64,000 nt of DNA from an uncultured delta proteobacterium (GCA_963834535.1 CAWICC010000004.1:667966-731965), one strand, 5' to 3'; numbered from the stretch's first letter, positions 29,221 to 38,765 are shown. A program made the numbers and translations. The notes: generated from the letters alone by a model not told the origin.

Positions 29221-30240
29221 TCACTCAAAAGTGACTACAACCTTCAGTGACTCGGGCTTTTGCGCCTGCTCGTAGGCCTGGTTGATCTGCGCGAGCGGAA
29301 ACTGATGAGTGACCAGTTCGCGCGCATTGATGACGCCGGCGCGCACCAGTTCCAGCGCCGCGCGCGTGTCGTCGGGCCCGCATGAGTAACTGGGGACGAG
29401 GCGGGTCTCGTTGAAGTAGAGGTCGTGCGGCTTCACCAGCATCTCCTCGTCGGGCGGAGTCGCGGTAAATTGGACGACGGTGGCGCCCTTGCCGGCGGCG
29501 GCGATGCCCGTAGTTATCGCGCGCGAGGTGCCGGGCCCTACAATCACGACATCCGCCATCGCACCGCCCGTAACGTCGCGCACCTGATCCACGAGATCGT
29601 CGCCCGAGACCACCAGGCCAAAGTCCGCCCCCAGATCGCGCGAACGCTGTGCGCGACTTGCAAACAGGTCGGCGCCGATGATCACGCCGGCGCCCAGGTG
29701 GCGGGCGAGCTTGACGTGCATCATGCCCATGATGCCGAGGCCGATGATAAGCACGGATTCTGCCGGCTTGAGACCGGATCGGCGTAGCGATTTGACCACG
29801 CAGGCGGCGGGCTCGACCAGTACCCCGTCGTTGTCGGAGACGTCGGCGGGCAGCTTCAGCGTGTCGCGCTGGTTGGTCGCGCTGACGAGGAAGTACTCGG
29901 CCATACCGCCGGGGACGAGATTGGTGGCGCGCCACGTGGCGCATTGCACGTACTCGCCGCGCTGGCACGCGGCGCATTGGAAACAGGGCGCATGATGGTG
30001 CACGAAAACCCGGTCGCCCGGGCGGAATTCACTCACCCCCGCGCCGACTTCCTCGACCACGCCGACCGGCTCATGGCCCAGCACCAGCGGCGCCTTGCGC
30101 CGGATATACCACGGCATGATGTCGCCCGAGCAGATGCCGCAGGCGCTCACCCGGACCAGCATATCGGTGGCACCCACCTGGGGGCGGGTGCTCTGTTCGA
30201 TTCGAATATCCCCGAAATCGTAAAGCCGCGCGACTTGCAT
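29221..30240 (-). CDS. Zinc-dependent alcohol dehydrogenase (MDR superfamily)
   Basis: ATG at 30240. 'CGICSGD', 'GHEPVGVVEEVG', structural-Zn Cys cluster 'CFQCAACQRGEYVQC', Rossmann 'IIGLGIMG'. Confidence 0.88.
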   Translation of the reverse strand: MQVARLYDFGDIRIEQSTRPQVGATDMLVRVSACGICSGDIMPWYIRRKAPLVLGHEPVGVVEEVGAGVSEFRPGDRVFVHHHAPCFQCAACQRGEYVQCATWRATNLVPGGMAEYFLVSATNQRDTLKLPADVSDNDGVLVEPAACVVKSLRRSGLKPAESVLIIGLGIMGMMHVKLARHLGAGVIIGADLFASRAQRSRDLGADFGLVVSGDDLVDQVRDVTGGAMADVVIVGPGTSRAITTGIAAAGKGATVVQFTATPPDEEMLVKPHDLYFNETRLVPSYSCGPDDTRAALELVRAGVINARELVTHQFPLAQINQAYEQAQKPESLKVVVTFE

Positions 30241-30370
30241 TGCCACGCAAGAACTCTGTGGTCCGCGGCAGCGGATGTCAACCGGTGCGGCTGAGCCCCT
30301 CCACGGTCGATTCGGAGCGGAGCGCTCGCGCACGGTGCCGCGAAATTATGCGACGTGGTAAAATTGGCCC

Positions 30371-30799
30371 ATGCCAGTTCCAGTTTGTCCGCCGATCGCC
30401 GCCGACATGATCGCCGAAGTGGGCGACCGCATCGTCTTCATCGAACGCAAAAATTTCCCGCCGGGATGGGCGTTTCCCGGCGGCTTCGTCGAAATCGGCG
30501 AAACGGTGGAGCAGGCCGCGGTGCGCGAGGCGCTCGAGGAAACTTCGCTCGAAGTCGAACCGCGTGCGTTGCTCGGCGTGTACTCGCGCCCGGATCGCGA
30601 TCCTCGCGGACAGACCATCAGCGTCGTTTACATCGGTCGCGCGCGAGGCACTCCCAAGGCCCGCGATGATGCGAAAGAAATTGGGCTGTTCGCACCCGGT
30701 AAACCGCCCGCGCCGCTCGCCTTCGACCACGCTGAAATCTTGCGCGACTACCTGACCTTCCTGCGGACCGGCGAATTTCCATCACCCTGGCGCAAATGA
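30371..30799 (+). CDS. NUDIX hydrolase
   Basis: Nudix box 'GGFVEIGETVEQAAVREALEETSL'. Confidence 0.88.
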   Translation: MPVPVCPPIAADMIAEVGDRIVFIERKNFPPGWAFPGGFVEIGETVEQAAVREALEETSLEVEPRALLGVYSRPDRDPRGQTISVVYIGRARGTPKARDDAKEIGLFAPGKPPAPLAFDHAEILRDYLTFLRTGEFPSPWRK

Positions 30800-30836
30800 T
30801 CCGCGGGTGATTTCGCCGCCTCTTCCAAAAGGGAAG

Positions 30837-30860
30837 TCTGAAACCTCGTGAGGTTTCAGA
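30837..30860. terminator. Hairpin between convergent genes (weak terminator candidate)
   Basis: Perfect 10-bp stem tctgaaacct/aggtttcaga with loop cgtg. There is no clean U-tract. Confidence 0.4.
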
Positions 30861-30896
30861 AATAAACTAAAAGTTTTGCGCTCCTCGACAACTCCC

Positions 30897-31733
30897 TCAC
30901 CGCGACATAAAGACCGGGCACGGCGCGTTGCGCAGCACATATTCCGTGTTGGAGCCGAGCACCATCTCGATAATGCGGCTGTGGCCGTACGCGCCGATGA
31001 ACAGCAGGTCGGCGGCGAATTCTTTGACGGCACCGATGATGCCTTCGTGAGCATGGCCCGGCACCAGCTTGAACTCCGCGCGGATCGAATAGGGCTCAAG
31101 GTAACTGCGCGCCTGATTCAGCGTGCGTTCACCCATCTTCAGGTCGCGGGCGACGGTGATCACGATGAGCGGCACGTCCAGGGTGACCGCGAAATCCGCC
31201 GCCGCCCGCATCGCACGCGAAGCACGGTCGCTGCCGTCGTAAGCGAGCAGCGCCCGGGTAACGGCGCGAAAGCGGATCGGCGAGACCAGCATTGGACGCG
31301 GCGATTTGCGCGCCACGCTTTCCGTCGTCGATCCGAGCAAGCCGGTCGAGAAGCGCTCGTTGATGCCGCGATGCCCGATCATCAGGAGGTCGGCCGCCTT
31401 GGCCTGTTCGCAGAGCTGGTTGGCGACCACGCCTACGTCGAGAACCGTTTCGGCCGCGATAGCCTCGCGCTGCGCCGCCTGGGCGAACTCCTCGAGCACC
31501 GTCTTGCCACGGAAATTGAGGATTTCGCGCATTTTGGAGGAGAAATCGAGATAGGGTTCAAGTCCGAGCGAACCTGATATATCATGGAACAAGGAGCCTT
31601 CGATCGACACGATATCGACTACGTGGACGCCAATCAGAGTCGCTCCGAGGCGGCGCGCCAGATGAAAGGCATAGGTCTGAGCGGTGCGCGAATGTTCGGA
31701 AGTGTCGATGCCGATCAGAATTCGTTTGATCAT
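30897..31733 (-). CDS. Universal stress protein, tandem UspA domains
   Basis: 'MIKRILIGIDTSEHS', 'DLLMIGHRG...GSTTESVARKSPRPMLV', 'DLLFIGAYGHSRIIEMVLGSNTEYVLRNAPCPVFM'. Confidence 0.88.
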   Translation of the reverse strand: MIKRILIGIDTSEHSRTAQTYAFHLARRLGATLIGVHVVDIVSIEGSLFHDISGSLGLEPYLDFSSKMREILNFRGKTVLEEFAQAAQREAIAAETVLDVGVVANQLCEQAKAADLLMIGHRGINERFSTGLLGSTTESVARKSPRPMLVSPIRFRAVTRALLAYDGSDRASRAMRAAADFAVTLDVPLIVITVARDLKMGERTLNQARSYLEPYSIRAEFKLVPGHAHEGIIGAVKEFAADLLFIGAYGHSRIIEMVLGSNTEYVLRNAPCPVFMSR

Positions 31734-31843
31734 CGGCCGGGCCTCCCTTCCATGATCCGCGATATCATGGCCCGCGCGGAACTCTCAAGGGGACCGGTTC
31801 TGTCGGCGCCCGCATCCATCGGACGCATCTGGTAGCGACGGCT

Positions 31844-32131
31844 ATGAGCGAAAACAAGGGAACGCGCGTGCTGCGGCTGATCGACGAATTGGCCGAGGCG
31901 GCCAAGCGGGTCGGCCTCGAAGTGCGCCGCGAGAAGATCCTCCGCGAAGTGGGCTATCGGGCCCGCGGCGGCGCCTGCCGCTTGCGCGATCAGGATCTGC
32001 TCATCCTCGATCGCGATCAGGCCCCGGCTGATCAAATCGAAGTTCTCGCCGAGGCGCTCCGCGGCCGCGACCTCGAAGCCGTCTATCTGTCGCCGGCCGC
32101 CCGGCGCATCCTGCAGACCGGACCCGAATAG
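31844..32131 (+). CDS. Hypothetical 95-aa protein
   Basis: ORF with an ATG start. Its stop abuts the fur reading frame. I recognise no family. Confidence 0.4.
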   Translation: MSENKGTRVLRLIDELAEAAKRVGLEVRREKILREVGYRARGGACRLRDQDLLILDRDQAPADQIEVLAEALRGRDLEAVYLSPAARRILQTGPE

Positions 32132-32218
32132 GTGCCGACCGCGATGGCACGCGAAGACGTTGGCGAACAAGTCCGGCCGGTGGTCGAGCGGCGCGGCCGT
32201 CAGACCGCCGAGGATCGG

Positions 32219-32638
32219 ATGCGCACGTTTCACACCCGGCTGCGCGAGCGCAACCTGAAATCAACCGGCCAGCGCGACGACATCGCGCGCGTGTTCTTCA
32301 ATCTTCGCCGGCATATCAGCGCCGAGGAACTTTACGCCGAAGTCAAAAAGGTCAACCCGCACGTCGGCTATGCGACGATTTACCGCACGCTCAAGCTGCT
32401 GAAGGAATGCGACCTGCTCTCCGAGCGCCACTTCGACGAGGGCCAGGCCCGCTACGAGGTCGCAGGCGAGCACCATCACGACCACTTCATCTGCGAGCGC
32501 TGCGGCAAAATAATCGAGTTCGAAAACGACGAAATGGAACGCATGCAACAAAACATCGCGCAAAAACTCGGGGTCCTCCTCACCCATCACAAAATGGAGC
32601 TTTACGGCCTCTGCGCCGACTGCCGCAACCAGCAGTAG
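32219..32638 (+). CDS. fur: Fur family transcriptional regulator
   Basis: 'LKSTGQRDDIARVF', 'ATIYRTLKLLKE', 'HHHDHFICERCGKIIEF', 'CADC'. ATG at 32219 with a GAGGA SD. Alternatives are GTG at 32132 and ATG at 32144. Confidence 0.85.
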   Translation: MRTFHTRLRERNLKSTGQRDDIARVFFNLRRHISAEELYAEVKKVNPHVGYATIYRTLKLLKECDLLSERHFDEGQARYEVAGEHHHDHFICERCGKIIEFENDEMERMQQNIAQKLGVLLTHHKMELYGLCADCRNQQ

Positions 32639-32641
32639 CGT

Positions 32642-33406
32642 TCATCGCGACAGAATTACCTCGCGCCGCACCGCATGCGCGTCGATCTCCACTTCAAGGC
32701 CGACCACCGGCGGCCGCGAGTAGTGCCAGTTCACGCCCACTTGCGCCGCTAATCCGATCGCCGGCAACAGCATCGATGCCAGTACGTGATGCACCTCGTG
32801 AACGGTGTACAGATTCACCGCCGTCGCCTGATCCCAACTGACTTCCAGCTCGCGCAGATGCCCGCTGAGCCCTTCGACGACGCATTCGAGCTTGCGCCGG
32901 ATGCCTCCCGCCGAAGTGTCGCCCGCCGCCACCAACTCGCGCTTGCCGCCCTCGCCGGCACGCATTTCCGCCGCGCCCGACAGCACGAACGTCGCCGCGC
33001 CCGCATCCGCCGATCCGGCCGATCTATCAGTGTAGTAGATGCCCGCCACCATCGCCTCGCGCACCGGACGCACCTCCAGCGCGACGTTGGTGCGCGCGAC
33101 CGGATTGGCGCCGTCGACTTCGATTCCCCACGACTGCAGCCGTTCGATATAAGGGCGATTGAACTCCTCGAAGCCCTTCATCGATAGTGCCTCCGGTATC
33201 CGCAAATGCATCCCGCAGAGCGCCTCGATTGGACGATGCTTCTCCTTGAGGTGCCGTTCGACGATCTCGAAGCCCTGCGCCAGCGCTACGAACGGACGCA
33301 TCGCCGCATGCACTATCTCGAAGCCGGACAACGCCGCACATCCGGAGGAAAATGGCCCGCCACCGCGAATGAAGCGGTAATTGCCCTTGGCGTTTTCGAT
33401 CACCAT
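32642..33406 (-). CDS. Conserved hypothetical protein (254 aa)
   Basis: ATG at 33406 after a GGGAGGAA SD. I recognise no family with confidence. Confidence 0.5.
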   Translation of the reverse strand: MVIENAKGNYRFIRGGGPFSSGCAALSGFEIVHAAMRPFVALAQGFEIVERHLKEKHRPIEALCGMHLRIPEALSMKGFEEFNRPYIERLQSWGIEVDGANPVARTNVALEVRPVREAMVAGIYYTDRSAGSADAGAATFVLSGAAEMRAGEGGKRELVAAGDTSAGGIRRKLECVVEGLSGHLRELEVSWDQATAVNLYTVHEVHHVLASMLLPAIGLAAQVGVNWHYSRPPVVGLEVEIDAHAVRREVILSR

Positions 33407-33586
33407 AGCTGATTCCTCCCTCACTGCCCGCGCATTTTCAGCCTAACCCGCCGTTCACTGCAACGTCGATCGCGGGCGGCCAAAATCGTGCGCGATCCGA
33501 TCGCCGCTTTCATGGACAGTCGCCGCCGGACATTAGTATGATGCGATTTTGGCCTGACCGCAGCGACCAGTTTGGAGAGTTCCACA

Positions 33587-34831
33587 ATGACGCAGCAGGC
33601 ACAGATGCTGAAAGGCTACCACGTCCTCGACTTCACTCATTTCGTCGCAGGCCCCACCTGCACCCGAATCATGGCCGAACTCGGCGCCGACGTAATCAAG
33701 GTCGAGCGCTCGCTCGAAGGCGATCACGTCCGCCAGATGGGCATCATGAAGGACGGGATGAGCACCTATTATTTCCAGCACAGCCATAGCAAGCGGAGCC
33801 TCGGCATCGACCTGCGCCATCCGCAAGCGAAGGACCTGATCCTCGGGATGATTCCGAAGATCGACGTCGTGGTGGAAAATTTTGCCCCCGGCGTCATTAC
33901 CAGCATGGGCTTCGGCTACGAGACGCTCCGAAAGATCAATCCCAAGATCGTCATGTGCTCGATTTCCGCCACCGGACAGACCGGGCCGCTGAGCAATCGC
34001 CCCGGCTATGACTTCATCGGCGCGGCCTTCGCCGGTGTCACCGACCTCCTGGGCGAGGCGGACCGTCCTCCGATCGTCCCCACGATGGCGATCGGCGACG
34101 TCTCCACCGGCGTCGCCGCCGCGATGGCGGTCGGCTACGCCCTGCTCAGCGCCGAGCGCAGCGGCACCGGCCAATACCTCGACGCCTCCCTGCTCGATAC
34201 CTACTTCCACATGCACGAACTCGCCGTGCCGGTGATCTCGCAGCGGCGCGGCACCTGGTCGCCACGGCGCAACGGCTCGCAGCATCCCTCGGGCAGTCCC
34301 ACCGGCGTCTTTCAGGCCAAGGGCGGCTTCATCATGTTGCTCGTCCAGCAGCATGAGTTTGCACGCCTCGCGCGCGCGATGGGCATGCCGGAACTCACGA
34401 CCGACCCGCGCTTCTCGAGCAACGGACGCCGCGTCCGCAACAACGCCGCCTTGAAGGAATTAATCGAGAACTGGCTCGCGACCTTCCCCGATCGCGACTC
34501 CGCCGTCGCCGCGCTCGATAAGGAACGCGTGCCCTGCGGCCCCGTGCTCTCGCTCGAGGAAGCCGTCGATCATCCGCATCTGCGCGAGCGCAAGACCGTG
34601 CGCACCGCCACCGACCCGCGCCTCGGCACCTTCGACCTGCCCGCGATTCCGGTGAAGTTTTCCGACTGGCCCGATCGCACCGACTTGAAGGCGTCCGTGG
34701 TCGGCGAGGACAACGAAGCGGTCCTGCGCGAAATGCTCGGACTTTCCGACGCGCAAATCGCCGAACTATACTCCGCGCACGTCCTCATCAAGGCGTCGCC
34801 CGCGTCGGAGCCCGCGGCGGCTGCGTCGTGA
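33587..34831 (+). CDS. Family III CoA-transferase (CaiB/BaiF family)
   Basis: 'VLDFTHFVAGPTCTRIMAELGADVIKVE', 'MAIGDVSTG' (catalytic Asp context). ATG at 33587 after GGAGAG. Confidence 0.9.
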   Translation: MTQQAQMLKGYHVLDFTHFVAGPTCTRIMAELGADVIKVERSLEGDHVRQMGIMKDGMSTYYFQHSHSKRSLGIDLRHPQAKDLILGMIPKIDVVVENFAPGVITSMGFGYETLRKINPKIVMCSISATGQTGPLSNRPGYDFIGAAFAGVTDLLGEADRPPIVPTMAIGDVSTGVAAAMAVGYALLSAERSGTGQYLDASLLDTYFHMHELAVPVISQRRGTWSPRRNGSQHPSGSPTGVFQAKGGFIMLLVQQHEFARLARAMGMPELTTDPRFSSNGRRVRNNAALKELIENWLATFPDRDSAVAALDKERVPCGPVLSLEEAVDHPHLRERKTVRTATDPRLGTFDLPAIPVKFSDWPDRTDLKASVVGEDNEAVLREMLGLSDAQIAELYSAHVLIKASPASEPAAAAS

Positions 34832-34983
34832 ACGGGGCCGTTATAGGCCGATAGATTTCGCACGCGGTGAACAGCCGCACGCTCAACTTCCGCCGCGGCA
34901 CAAGGCCGTGGCGCAACCAGTACTGCCGGCGGACGCGACCGTAAGGCGCCCACCGCCGCGCTAACAGGGAGGACTTTCAGCAG

Positions 34984-35777
34984 ATGGCAGAATGGACTGA
35001 GGAAATCACCCATATCGCGGGGACTGACCTCGCGATAATCAAGGGCGGCAAGGGTAAGCCGTTGCTCGTGCTGCACGAGGAGCTGGGACATCCCGGATGG
35101 ATGTCTTACCACGAGGAGCTGGCGAAAGACCGCTCGCTGATCATTCCGATTCAGCCCGGCTATCGGCAAATCGCCCCGCGTCGAAGCGGTCCGCAACGTC
35201 CATGAGCTCGGCCTCTTTTATATCTGGGTGCTGAGCGAAATGAACCTGGCGCCGATCGACGTCATCGGCATCTCGATGGGCGGATGGACCGCGGCCGAAA
35301 TGGCCACCGCCAACGCGAAGATTTTCCGCAAGATGGTGCTGGTCGCGCCTTCAGGCATCAAGCCCGCCGAAGGCGAAATCCTCGACATCTTCGCCGTCAC
35401 CATCGGCACCCAGCTCAACGCCACCGTCCACGACCCCGCCGCCACCCCTGAGTTCCGCAAGCTCTACGGCGGCGAGCGTACCCCCGAGCAGTTCGAGGCC
35501 TTCGAGGAAGCCCGCACCGAAAGTGCGCGCATCGCCTGGGATCCCATCCTCCACAACCCCAGCCTGCCCTTCTTTCTCCAGGGCGTGAAGGGTCTGCCGA
35601 CTCATATCGTCTGGGGTCGCGAGGATGCCACCGTTCCCGTCACTGCCGCGGACTCCTATAAACACGCGCTCAGGAATACCGACGTTAAGCTGACCATTTT
35701 CGATCGATTGCGGCCATCGCCCCGAGATCGAGAAGTCCGCCGAATTCGTCAAGCTGGTGCGGGAGTTCCTGGCCTAG
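34984..35777 (+). pseudogene. Alpha/beta hydrolase (meta-cleavage-product-hydrolase-like) interrupted by two +1 frameshifts
   Basis: Frame 1 reads 'PLLVLHEELGHPGW...IQPGY'. An extra c at 35164 shifts to frame 2, 'GKSPRVEAVRNVHELGLFYIWVLSEMNLAPIDVIGISMGGW...LTIFDR'. An extra t near 35708 shifts to frame 3, 'CGHRPEIEKSAEFVKLVREFLA*' (stop 35775-35777). GGGAGGA SD before the ATG at 34984. Confidence 0.8.
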
Positions 35778-35817
35778 AAGCAGCGGAGCTGCCGAGCGCA
35801 GCGCAAGGAGAGAAGCC

Positions 35818-37224
35818 ATGCACATAATGTATTTCACCGAGCGTCCCTACCGCGACGTTCCCGAAGATGAAGTAATCAAAAATCGCAGCTTCTTCGGCGT
35901 CCCCAACCGCTTCTACGACGCCCAGGTCGGCGCGCGCCTCTACAACGAATATCTCGACGAAGACGTCTATGCCGAGGAAGTCGGCTTCGACGCCATCATG
36001 CTCAACGAGCATCACGGCAACCCTTTCTGCATGGGCTCCGTGATGAACGTCGAGGCCGCCATTCTCGCGCGCATCACCAGCAAAGCGCGTATCGTCCTGC
36101 TCGGGAATCCTCTGCCGGTGGTCAAGAACCCCGTCCGCCTCGCCGAGGAACTCGCCGAAATCGACCTCATCTCCAAGGGCCGCCTGGTCCCCGGATGGGT
36201 GCGCGGCGCGGGCAGTGAACAGATTTTCAATCAGGCCAATCCCGCCTACAATCGCGAGTATTTCAACGAGGCTCATGACCTCGTCCTCGCCTGCTGGACG
36301 CGGCCCGGTCCGTTCCGCTGGGAAGGCAAGCATTTCAATTTCCGCTACGTCAATCCGTGGGCGCTCCCCTATCAGAAGCCCCGTCCGCCCATCTGGATTC
36401 CCGGCGTCATCAGCGCCGAGACCGTCATCTGGTGCGCGAAACATCGCTACCCCTACATCGGACTCGGCACCGCCCTGCAATCGACCGTCGAATTGTGGAA
36501 CCTCTACGGTCAGACCGCGGCCGACGAGGGCTACATGGCCGGCACCGAGAACTTCGGCTACCTGCAGCAGATCCACGTCGCCGAAACCGAAGAAGAGGCC
36601 CAGAAGCAGGGCCGTTGCGCCATGTTCGGTGGCGGCGCGGCGAATTTCTCGCGTCCCGAACATACCCTGCCCCCCGGTTACAACTCGAAAGAAGCGACCC
36701 GCCGCCTCGCCCGACAGGCCACCGACTACGGCTTCCTCGGCATCACCTCCGAGAAGCTCAAGGAATCGCAGTCGGGCGACGTGCGCCATATCGGCATCCC
36801 CAAGCAGGGCGAAAGCGACACCCGCGCCAGGCTGCGCAAGGGCGAGATCAGCGTCGAGGAAGCCAAAAAGAAGATCTACGCCAACTATCAGAAGGCGCAG
36901 GACGGCCTCCAGATCATCATCGGCACCCCCAAGACCGTCATCCCCAAGCTCAAGCTCATCATGGAAGTGCTGCGCCCCGGCGTCTTCGGTCTGTTCCAGG
37001 CCCAGGGTCCCCTGACCACCCAACAGCGCCTCACCAGCATCCGCCTGATGGGTCAGGAAGTGCTCCCTGCCATGCGCGAAATCGCCAAGGGCCTCGGCAT
37101 CGTCGATCCCTTCGAACGCGAACCCGGCTCGCGTCCCTACACTTCGGGCACCCAGTACGACTCGCTGGTCGATCTCGAAGCACTCAAGCGTGCGCCCAAG
37201 CGCGACGAATCGGTCCGGGTCTAG
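35818..37224 (+). CDS. LLM-class (luciferase-like) flavin-dependent oxidoreductase, copy 1
   Basis: 'GFDAIMLNEHHGNPFCMGSVMNV', 'LGNPLPVVKNPVRLAEELAEIDLISKGRL'. AAGGAGA SD. Confidence 0.9.
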   Translation: MHIMYFTERPYRDVPEDEVIKNRSFFGVPNRFYDAQVGARLYNEYLDEDVYAEEVGFDAIMLNEHHGNPFCMGSVMNVEAAILARITSKARIVLLGNPLPVVKNPVRLAEELAEIDLISKGRLVPGWVRGAGSEQIFNQANPAYNREYFNEAHDLVLACWTRPGPFRWEGKHFNFRYVNPWALPYQKPRPPIWIPGVISAETVIWCAKHRYPYIGLGTALQSTVELWNLYGQTAADEGYMAGTENFGYLQQIHVAETEEEAQKQGRCAMFGGGAANFSRPEHTLPPGYNSKEATRRLARQATDYGFLGITSEKLKESQSGDVRHIGIPKQGESDTRARLRKGEISVEEAKKKIYANYQKAQDGLQIIIGTPKTVIPKLKLIMEVLRPGVFGLFQAQGPLTTQQRLTSIRLMGQEVLPAMREIAKGLGIVDPFEREPGSRPYTSGTQYDSLVDLEALKRAPKRDESVRV

Positions 37225-37274
37225 CTCATGTCATCGCGAAACTGTAACTCGGCAGTCGGCCAGGAGATAACGAT

Positions 37275-38651
37275 ATGATCCTGATGTATTTTACGGAGCG
37301 CCCTTACCGGGACGTGCCCGAGGACGAAGTAGTCAAGAATCGCGGCTTTTTCGGCGTCCCCAATAAATTCTTCGATCGCGAAGTCGGCGCCCGCCTCTAC
37401 GACGAGTATCTCAAAGAGATGGTCTATGCGGAGGACGTCGGCTTCGACGCCATCATGCTCAACGAGCATCACGGCACGCCCTTTTGCATGGGCGCGGTGA
37501 TGAACGTCGAGGCCTCGATCCTCGCGCGCATCACGAAAAAGGCGCGCATCGTGCTGCTCGGTAATCCATTGCCCACCTTCAAAAATCCACTGCGCATCGC
37601 CGAGGAACTCGCCACCATCGATTGCATCTCCTACGGACGTCTCGTGCCCGGATGGGTGCGCGGCGCCGGCAGCGAGCAGATTTTCAACCAGGCCAACCCC
37701 GCCTACAATCGCGAGCGCTTCGAGGAAGCCCACGACCTCATCCTGGCCGCCTGGACCCGTCCCGGTCCGTTCCGCTGGGAGGGCAAGCATTTCAACTACC
37801 GCTACGTGAATCCGTGGGTGCTGCCGTATCAAAAGCCGCATCCCCCGATCATGATTCCGGGCGTCCTCAGCCCCGAAACCGTCGTCTGGTGCGCCGAGCA
37901 TCGTTATCCCTACCTCGGCCTCGGCACCGCCCTGTCGGCCACGGCCGAACTCTGGAACATTTACGGTGACACCGCAGCCAAGAATGGCTACGTTGCCGGT
38001 TCCGAGAATTTTGGCTACCTGCAGCACGTCTTCGTCGCCGAGACCGAGGAGAAAGCTCAGGAACTCGGCAAGGCGCACCTCTTCGGCGGCGGCCAGGGCG
38101 CATTCTCGCGCCCCGAGCACACTCTCCCCCCAGGCTACAATTCCAAGGAAGCGACCAAGCGCCTCGCTCGCACCATGACGGCCGGCTCCGGCGGCTTCCT
38201 GGGTGTCAGCGCCGAACAACTCGGCCGCTCCAAGTCCAACGACGAGCCCGGCAATCTGCAGCAGGCCGCCGACAGCACGCGGCGCCGCCTCGCACGCGGC
38301 GAAGCCACCGTCGAAGAGGCTAAGGCCGCCATCTACAAGAGCTATCAGAAGGCCCAGGATGGACTGCAGATCATCACCGGCACGCCCAAGACCGTCATCC
38401 CCAAGATTCGCAAGATTCTCGAGGTGCTGCGGCCCGGCGTCTTCGGCGTTTTCCAGAGCCAGGGACCGGTCAGCTTCGAAGACCGCATGACCAGCATCCG
38501 CCTGCTCGGCGAGGAGGTGCTTCCGGCAGTGCGCGAAATCGGCAAGGAACTGGGCATCCTCGACCCATTCGAACGCAAGCCCGGCTCGCGGCCCTATACG
38601 ACCGGCACGCAGCGCGAACAACTGATCTCGCTGGAGGCCCTGCGCGCCTGA
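37275..38651 (+). CDS. LLM-class (luciferase-like) flavin-dependent oxidoreductase, copy 2 (tandem paralog)
   Basis: Collinear with copy 1 over the whole length, e.g. 'MYFTERPYRDVPEDEV', 'RLVPGWVRGAGSEQIFNQANPAYNRE', 'TRPGPFRWEGKHFN'. Confidence 0.9.
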   Translation: MILMYFTERPYRDVPEDEVVKNRGFFGVPNKFFDREVGARLYDEYLKEMVYAEDVGFDAIMLNEHHGTPFCMGAVMNVEASILARITKKARIVLLGNPLPTFKNPLRIAEELATIDCISYGRLVPGWVRGAGSEQIFNQANPAYNRERFEEAHDLILAAWTRPGPFRWEGKHFNYRYVNPWVLPYQKPHPPIMIPGVLSPETVVWCAEHRYPYLGLGTALSATAELWNIYGDTAAKNGYVAGSENFGYLQHVFVAETEEKAQELGKAHLFGGGQGAFSRPEHTLPPGYNSKEATKRLARTMTAGSGGFLGVSAEQLGRSKSNDEPGNLQQAADSTRRRLARGEATVEEAKAAIYKSYQKAQDGLQIITGTPKTVIPKIRKILEVLRPGVFGVFQSQGPVSFEDRMTSIRLLGEEVLPAVREIGKELGILDPFERKPGSRPYTTGTQREQLISLEALRA

Positions 38652-38673
38652 TCGCGAGATTGACTAAACGACT

Positions 38674-38710
38674 GGAAGGAGGCGACCCTTCAGGTCGCCT
38701 CCTTCCGTTT
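38674..38710 (+). terminator. Rho-independent terminator of the LLM operon
   Basis: Perfect 14-bp stem ggaaggaggcgacc/ggtcgcctccttcc, loop cttca, then gttt. Confidence 0.8.
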
Positions 38711-38765
38711 CAAGGGGGTCGCGCACGTGACCCCGATGTCAACCGTGCAGGATTTCCCCACAAAC

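Noticed and set aside
35160-35712. Programmed ribosomal frameshifting in the hydrolase gene
   Set aside because: Neither shift site has a slippery heptamer or a stimulatory structure, and two separate +1 events would be needed. Indels (real or assembly errors) are the simpler explanation.
35749-38621. Two long minus-strand ORFs (424 and 466 aa)
   Set aside because: They mirror the two LLM genes on the opposite strand and resemble each other only because the LLM genes are paralogs. They have Gly/Ala/Glu/Asp shadow composition.
38715-38734. Possible second, degenerate parS (ggggtcgcgCACGTGAcccc)
   Set aside because: Only the central CACGTGA matches and the flanking half-site bases do not. It is better treated as a small hairpin.
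38750-38765. DnaA-box-like 'tttccccaca', and the idea that the palindrome-rich spacer is oriC
   Set aside because: It does not match TTATCCACA. I saw no cluster of boxes, no AT-rich unwinding element, and no dnaA or dnaN nearby.
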